This document shows, in pieces, positions 57,881 to 64,000 of a DNA stretch of 64,000 nucleotides. The notes beneath the pieces were generated by a model. It searched no databases. It saw only the letters and a list, made by a program, of their open reading frames with translations, and was not told the origin of the DNA. This stretch comes from Glycera tridactyla. Taxonomy: Eukaryota. Each line of letters starts with the position of its first letter. The first letter of the stretch is position 1. The position numbers were made by a program, and so were the translations under genes. The stretch is from NCBI GenBank assembly GCA_965644265.1, contig OZ286474.1, positions 79,546,001-79,610,000 on the forward strand, read 5' to 3'.

Positions 57881-60800
57881 TCCACGCTCATCTCACATGT
57901 TAGATGTATTTTCCTTATCAGTATTTCGAGGAGTACGTGTATGTGTGTGAGAGAGAAGGAAAATGGCACCTTCCGCGGTCAGTCCCTGCTGTTTCCATGC
58001 TGTTTCCATGCTCTGTAACTAGGAGGGCAGGCACTTGCTCCTTTCGCCGTGATGATGTGGAAAAAACACGCTCCCTAACTTCTATGAGAGCGTTTTGCGT
58101 GTTGATACTTACGTGGAACTGGGCAGAATCATTGGGACACTAACTTCAAAGAGGTGGCTGAAAAGATGTGATACTGTGAGTGATATAAGGTGATTTCGGA
58201 GCATGATTAGCTCAACTGTGATATGGTCATTTTGACCTGTGCGTCATTATTCCATGTATGAATGCGTATACAATGTAGCCTGATATCCCCCATCCTCAAA
58301 CTCAAATTATCATCATACCATTGCAGGAGGTGGTATGATAATGGAATATAGTAGGTTGAGGTGAAAGAATGTGTTTTTTTCAATATGTGATTATTCTAGA
58401 TGAACCAGACATGGTATGACGTGAGATGTAATGCTTTTGTCTAACATTTCGCAGACGGCGCAGAGACCAAGACTGGACATGCTCCCTTAACTATCCTGAA
58501 TTCATGGGCTCCGCCATCTTGGGCAATCTGCTACCTTGGCCCTTCTGTGCTGTCACAACATCGTGTCTGCTCACTTCCGCCCGGGACAGGCTCCATTGAT
58601 CCATTCTAAAAAACTTGAATCATGGCAAATTTGTTGGGGCTATCCAATAAATATATCTGCTTTGCTTGACGCTGCGTGTGTTAAACAGGTTTTTTTTCAA
58701 AGTGAATCATCGATGGTTAGGTGTTTGATACATTCAGTTATTTTGAGAAAATGATAAGACACTTCACTGGTTGTGAGGTAATGCCAAGTTGGTGGAATCT
58801 GCGAGATGCAAACGCCACTCTCCTGAGTACTGGTTGAATTCGACAGTTTTTCCTTGAACACATCAATCAAATACAACCTGACATATTCTTTGTTTAAATC
58901 GCCTTGTTCCGAATAAAAACATTGCTATCAAATATGGCTGTTAGCTCTGCAGAGGTGTGTCTGAACTGTCAACTTGACAACCAGGGTTTGTGAGGGTGAG
59001 GTCTGCAGGAAATAGAACATCCGGCTTCCACAGAATAGATACACACGGTATACTTATTCGAAGAAAGAAGTTGTCGCGTAATGAAAGAGATGAAATACAC
59101 GCACCTTCGTGGCTGTATATCCTCAAGGGAGGACATGTAAAATGCATCTGGACCTCTCATACAACCTGATCCCACTGTTACGATCGTACCTCAGTCAACG
59201 TACAAGTTCACCTGACGCCAGAGATCACATTCCAGCAGTCTTTCTATTTGGCGAAGCTACTGAAATTGCCCAACGATTAATCTTACTATTCCATGGAGAA
59301 GTGATAGTTTGATGTGTCTCATTGCGGTGTATCTTTGTAGAATGCATATAGCTAGATCGTGATATGTGCTCATCAGAATCACTCAGGAAAAAAAAGATGT
59401 CTGATCCTTCACAGACCCAGCTGAATTTGTCTCTAGACCGGTCTGATAAAATATGACAACAAGCACTCGGTCAGATGCCACCAACTGATAGCAAATTCTC
59501 AATTTATTTGTCAATTTTGGGTCACGTGAGAGGCCATTACGGCCACACCACGCAGCAACCTGCTGAGCATGTAACAACAGATTTCTGGGGTCAGTCATCA
59601 TGAGGGAGACTTCAGTGAGAGATTCATCACTGCTGAATATACATCGAGAAAATAGGCATATATCCTGCGTTATGTCCACGAACACCCATTTGTTTGGAGA
59701 AAATTGTATTTCAAATGTCGTGGGCAATTTCACAAAAGGTAAGAAAGAAGCTCATATCATACATAAGATGTCTCCGAATGAGTCAACAATGTCGACCGAT
59801 TATACAGGCTTAGATGACTCAGTTGCTCCCTATCCTATAGCATTCCCAGTCATATTTCCTTTATCATCCATATCATACCATGGGGGTAGGGTTCTAGCAG
59901 GAACATATGACCGTGAAGTAGAAATGCAATACCAAAAGAGGCGTGAGTTATGCAGAATACCATGAGGCCGGAGGCAAGGTGACATCCGGCAAAATTCACA
60001 ACAAGTTTGGTATTGTTTTTTTTACCTCAGGGTCATAAATTTTTGCTTTTAACGCATGGATTAGGGGATGAATCGCCAAAAAAACACTTCTAATAAACTG
60101 TGAATTGTCACACTCAATGCTCAACACCTGATACTTCACTGAAAATGTCACATCCATGAGATGAAAATTGCAACTGCCTGATCTGCAATACTGAGAAACC
60201 AAGACCACCAGTCCGAAACAAAATTCATGTTGAACCCAATATCCAACCTCCAAGTGAAACGCAGGATACGGTCGGACAACCATCTTGGAAATTGATGGGC
60301 TCTCTCTGATGCCAAATACCAGAAGAAACTAAGTATATATTTGATTGGTTCTTTCACACATAGCAAATAACAAATGTCAATCAGGCACCCAGCAATGTCA
60401 TCTATACAATCGTTCCAAGATCGAATATACATTCTCATGATATCTCCCACTCAGCAAGTTCATTCATTTCTCTCTCTAGCATATACTTTCTTAGAAACAG
60501 GGTACAAGTGGAAAATAAAATATGATCCGAGATTCGTTGCTGCCCGATATGTCGGTGCATCTCAATCAGTCTTCTCACTGCCATCTCGTATACATCGCTC
60601 CCAAAGTATATAACTATTGAACATTTACCATGCATTATAACAAACCCGAATATCTACATTATGACAAGGCTTGGCGGTGAGGTGAAGGTATGGGCGTTAT
60701 AATCCTAAAAGTGCGATGTGAAATCTCAGGCGCAATGGGTTCCCCTCATGTATATGTTTCATGTTGTTATTATCCGAGATATCAGCATGTCTGTATATCA

Positions 60801-61291
60801 TACTCTGTATTACAAGTCGGAGCCGACAGTGGAGGCACGCCCACCCGCCAAATCCCCTCGCTGTTTATTGACAATGCGGCTGTTATTATTTGAGGTGATG
60901 CAATAAAATAGTTGTTGTCTATGCTGCACATTCCTACTGACGCTCAAAATATTTGCTTCCTACATGCTAGGAATTGGTCTCACCATTGGGACATGATTAG
61001 CAACGATGAAGCTGTCTGACAATAAGACCCATTCGATGATGAGACATGCCTGATGATAATGCCTGTCCAGCGATAATGTTCTTCTAATGATGAGACATGT
61101 TTGGCGATCGTTCATGCTCAACGATGCATGACGCATGTCTGATCATGAGATATATTCTACAGATCATGCAGCTTATAAAAAGGCATAGAAGCTGGGAGAG
61201 GCTGTGAGCATACTTTGCAGAAACAAATATCAGGTAGGGATGAATAATGTCATGAAATATTCTGACAAGGAATCGCATAATTAGTCAGATA

Positions 61292-61480
61292 CAGTTAAAC
61301 CTCCTCTAAAGACCTCCTCTCTATAAATGCCACCTCTCTATAAATACCACCTATTTATAAATGCCAGACTGAACTTCGACCGTGGCTGTATTTTCAACAG
61401 TAAATGACCTCTCTATAAAGACCACCCCTATATAGGCCACTTTCTGATGTGACCAAAGGCGGTCATTATATGGAGGTTCG
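61292..61480. mobile_element. Internally deleted relative of the 26726-27051 MITE
   Basis: TA|CAGTTAAACCTCCTCTAAAGACC..., repeated CCACCTCTCTATAAA, and ...GGCGGTCATTATATGGAGGTTCG. Confidence 0.65.
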
Positions 61481-61686
61481 TCTTCCGCACGGTACATATG
61501 CATCTAATCTCTACTTTTCTTTGGGCAAATTCAAAACGCAATTTACCTCTATTCCATGTTCGTAACTACGATATACACTCTCACCAGTCGACTTCATGTG
61601 AAAGTCGGTGAGTGGATATATGACTGTATATCACAACACGTCCCGAAGGCTGACATATTTTTTGGGACCCCTAATCTCTTTGGGGG

Positions 61687-61802
61687 CATCTCGATATTCC
61701 GAATTCCGTAAGGCCAAATCTCGTAATTCCGACTTTCGTAATTCCGAATACCAGGGACGAGAGGTGGATGTGGGGTGGGGGTGAGTTGGGTGTGTGTGTC
61801 TG

Positions 61803-61836
<34 letters not shown>

Positions 61837-62424
61837 TATGGTGGGGGCTGGGTGGGGGTGGTGGGTGGATGGGTAGTTGTGTGGGTGAATGGGTGGGTAG
61901 GTGGGCAAGTATTTGGGTGGGTAGGTAGGTAATGAGTAGGGCTAGGTGGGTGGGTGGGTAGCTGGATGGATTGGTAGGTAAGTGGGTGCTTGGGTGGGTG
62001 TATGGTTAGGTAATTAGGTAGATGGGAGGTAGGTAGGTAGCTAGTAAGGCAGGTAGTCGAGTTAAAGGTGCCCAGGTAGGTAGGTACGTACGTACGTACG
62101 TAGATACATAGGCAGGTAGGCAGGTAGGTGTGGGCANNNNNNNNNNNNNNNNNNNNNNNNNNNNNNNNNNNNNNNNNNNNNNNNNNNNNNNNNNNNNNNN
62201 NNNNNNNNNNNNNNNNNNNNNNNNNNNNNNNNNNNNNNNNNNNNNNNNNNNNNNNNNNNNNNNNNNNNNNNNNNNNNNNNNNNNNNNNNNNNNNNNNNNN
62301 NNNNNNNNNNNNNNNNNNNNNNNNNNNNNNNNNNNNNNNNNNNNNNNNNNNNNNNNNNNNNNNNNNNNNNNNNNNNNNNNNNNNNNNNNNNNNNNNNNNN
62401 NNNNNNNNNNNNGCCGTCCTTTAA

Positions 62425-62462
<38 letters not shown>

Positions 62463-63033
62463 TTCTACCTACCTACCCACCCACCCACTCGCCCAACCAT
62501 CCAACCATCTACCTATCTATCCACCTACCCACCCACCCACACACTCACTAACCCACCTACCCACCCACCTGTCAACAAAGTTACCCACCCGCCCACCCAT
62601 CCATGCACCTAAACATCCAACCCACACCCTAGGCATCCACTGACATACCCACCCATTTACCCATCCACACACACATCCACCCTCATACCCACCCATCAAC
62701 CTACCAATCCCTACCCACCTACCCAAACGCACCCATCCAACTATCCACCCATCCACCTACCCACTTACCCTATACACCCACCTACATGCCCCTGAACATT
62801 CACCCACCTATCCACCACTATCCATCCTCGAATACACTCACCCAACCACCCACTCAGCTACCCATCCATATGTTCATCCACTTGCTGCTTACCATTCCAG
62901 GCCCACAGGCCCAGGTATTCTAACATTCGGATTAACGAAATTCAGGAATAACGAAATTCGGAATTATGAGATTCGGACTTATGAAATTCGGAAATATGAA
63001 ATTCGGAATTACGAAATTCGGAAAATTGACATG
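61687..63033. mobile_element. Foldback-like element: inverted arms of 15-bp subrepeats around a microsatellite core
   Basis: Left arm 61687-61755 (ttcgtaattccgaa repeats) is the reverse complement of right arm 62911-63033 (acgaaattcggaatt repeats), matching at both inner and outer ends. Confidence 0.6.
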
Positions 63034-64000
63034 GAATCGATCAAAAGTTTCATGGATATGAAAGACTTATCCTAGAGGATATGAGTCTCCTAGTGAGTCC
63101 TTGTGTTCCGAGTATCCAATCATCGTACCCACGACCAATAAGACATCTTACTTGTTCTTGTACGTTGGAAGGGGCTCACTGTGAAAGGACAGATCCTTGC
63201 CTTGATTGAGTCAGTATGACGGAAGTAATCATCAATCATGCATATATCAGCATCATTATCACTTTTACTACATATACTCCCACAACTGTCTTTCTCTCCC
63301 TCTCTCTCTCGTTCTCTCTCTCTCTCGTTCTTTTTGTTTCTCTCCATTCCTCTCTCTCCTTCTCTCTCTCCTCTCCCCCCCTCTCTCTTCCACGTTCTCT
63401 CTGTCCGTCTTTTTCTCTATTTCTCTCGCAGCTATTTTCGGATATCTGCCGTTTGCCTATCCTTCACTGTCCATCAGGGTGACCAGAAGAAAGGATCTTC
63501 GATGATCATCATAGTCCAGCTGGTGCTCAATCAATCAACAAACTCACTTGAATTCCTGATAAACATTTACAAAACACAGACACACACGCACATATGCACA
63601 CACAGACACACACACACACACTCACACACACAAACACTCTCACAGACACACACGAACACGAACACGCATACAGATACTACACATAACACACACGCACAAA
63701 CACGCCATCACAAATGCACACCTAAGGAGAGGAATTTACCGATGTCATGCGAATGGAAGAATAACAGGCATGATAGGGAAACCTCTGCTTCAGCTAACTC
63801 ATCAAGACGAAGTGTTAGCATCACGTGTGATGATTGAGAAGGGATGTAAGGTCGGTGTCTGGTGCCTCTACCCCGGCAGCATCTTGTTATCATAGATAAC
63901 CTACACAGCCCTTCCCTGTTTTGCCGGCTGATGCATCTACCACTAGCAAGCCCTACACCTGAGGATACATGCCTCATCCTTGGAACCCCCCCCAACTTGG

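Noticed and set aside
59383-59733. VAAWCGRNGLSRDPK resembles a LINE RT thumb motif
   Set aside because: Too degenerate, with no flanking YADD or FLG motifs to support it.
2882-62612. Many long ORF calls dominated by X
   Set aside because: They span N gaps and are artefacts.

Overview
Gapped eukaryotic (animal) genomic DNA of about 40% GC, rich in microsatellites; many N gaps sit inside simple repeats. A marine invertebrate or lophotrochozoan source is an inference only. Most ORF-track entries are noise from repeats and gaps. Supportable content: (1) a young, intact Penelope-like retroelement (PLE, Neptune-type RT + GIY-YIG) on the minus strand, 36669-43466, with terminal direct repeats, an extra 751-aa upstream ORF and a candidate -1 frameshift, inserted in an (AAT)n-like tract; (2) in each terminal repeat, a discontinuous type I hammerhead ribozyme whose catalytic half and GUC cleavage strand are separated by a ~266-nt structured insert that also carries two CRE palindromes (the most interesting signal); (3) a single-exon 413-aa gene with an MGC N-terminus, beta-propeller-like body and C-terminal SOCS box (23340-24581); (4) a five-coding-exon, 301-aa C7orf78-like gene (53548-57880) that the ORF track shows only in pieces; (5) decayed LINE fragments, several MITE families, an inverted pair of an ~850-bp repeat, and 52-bp and 288-bp tandem arrays. 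All family names come from motif recognition by eye; no searches or folding programs were run.
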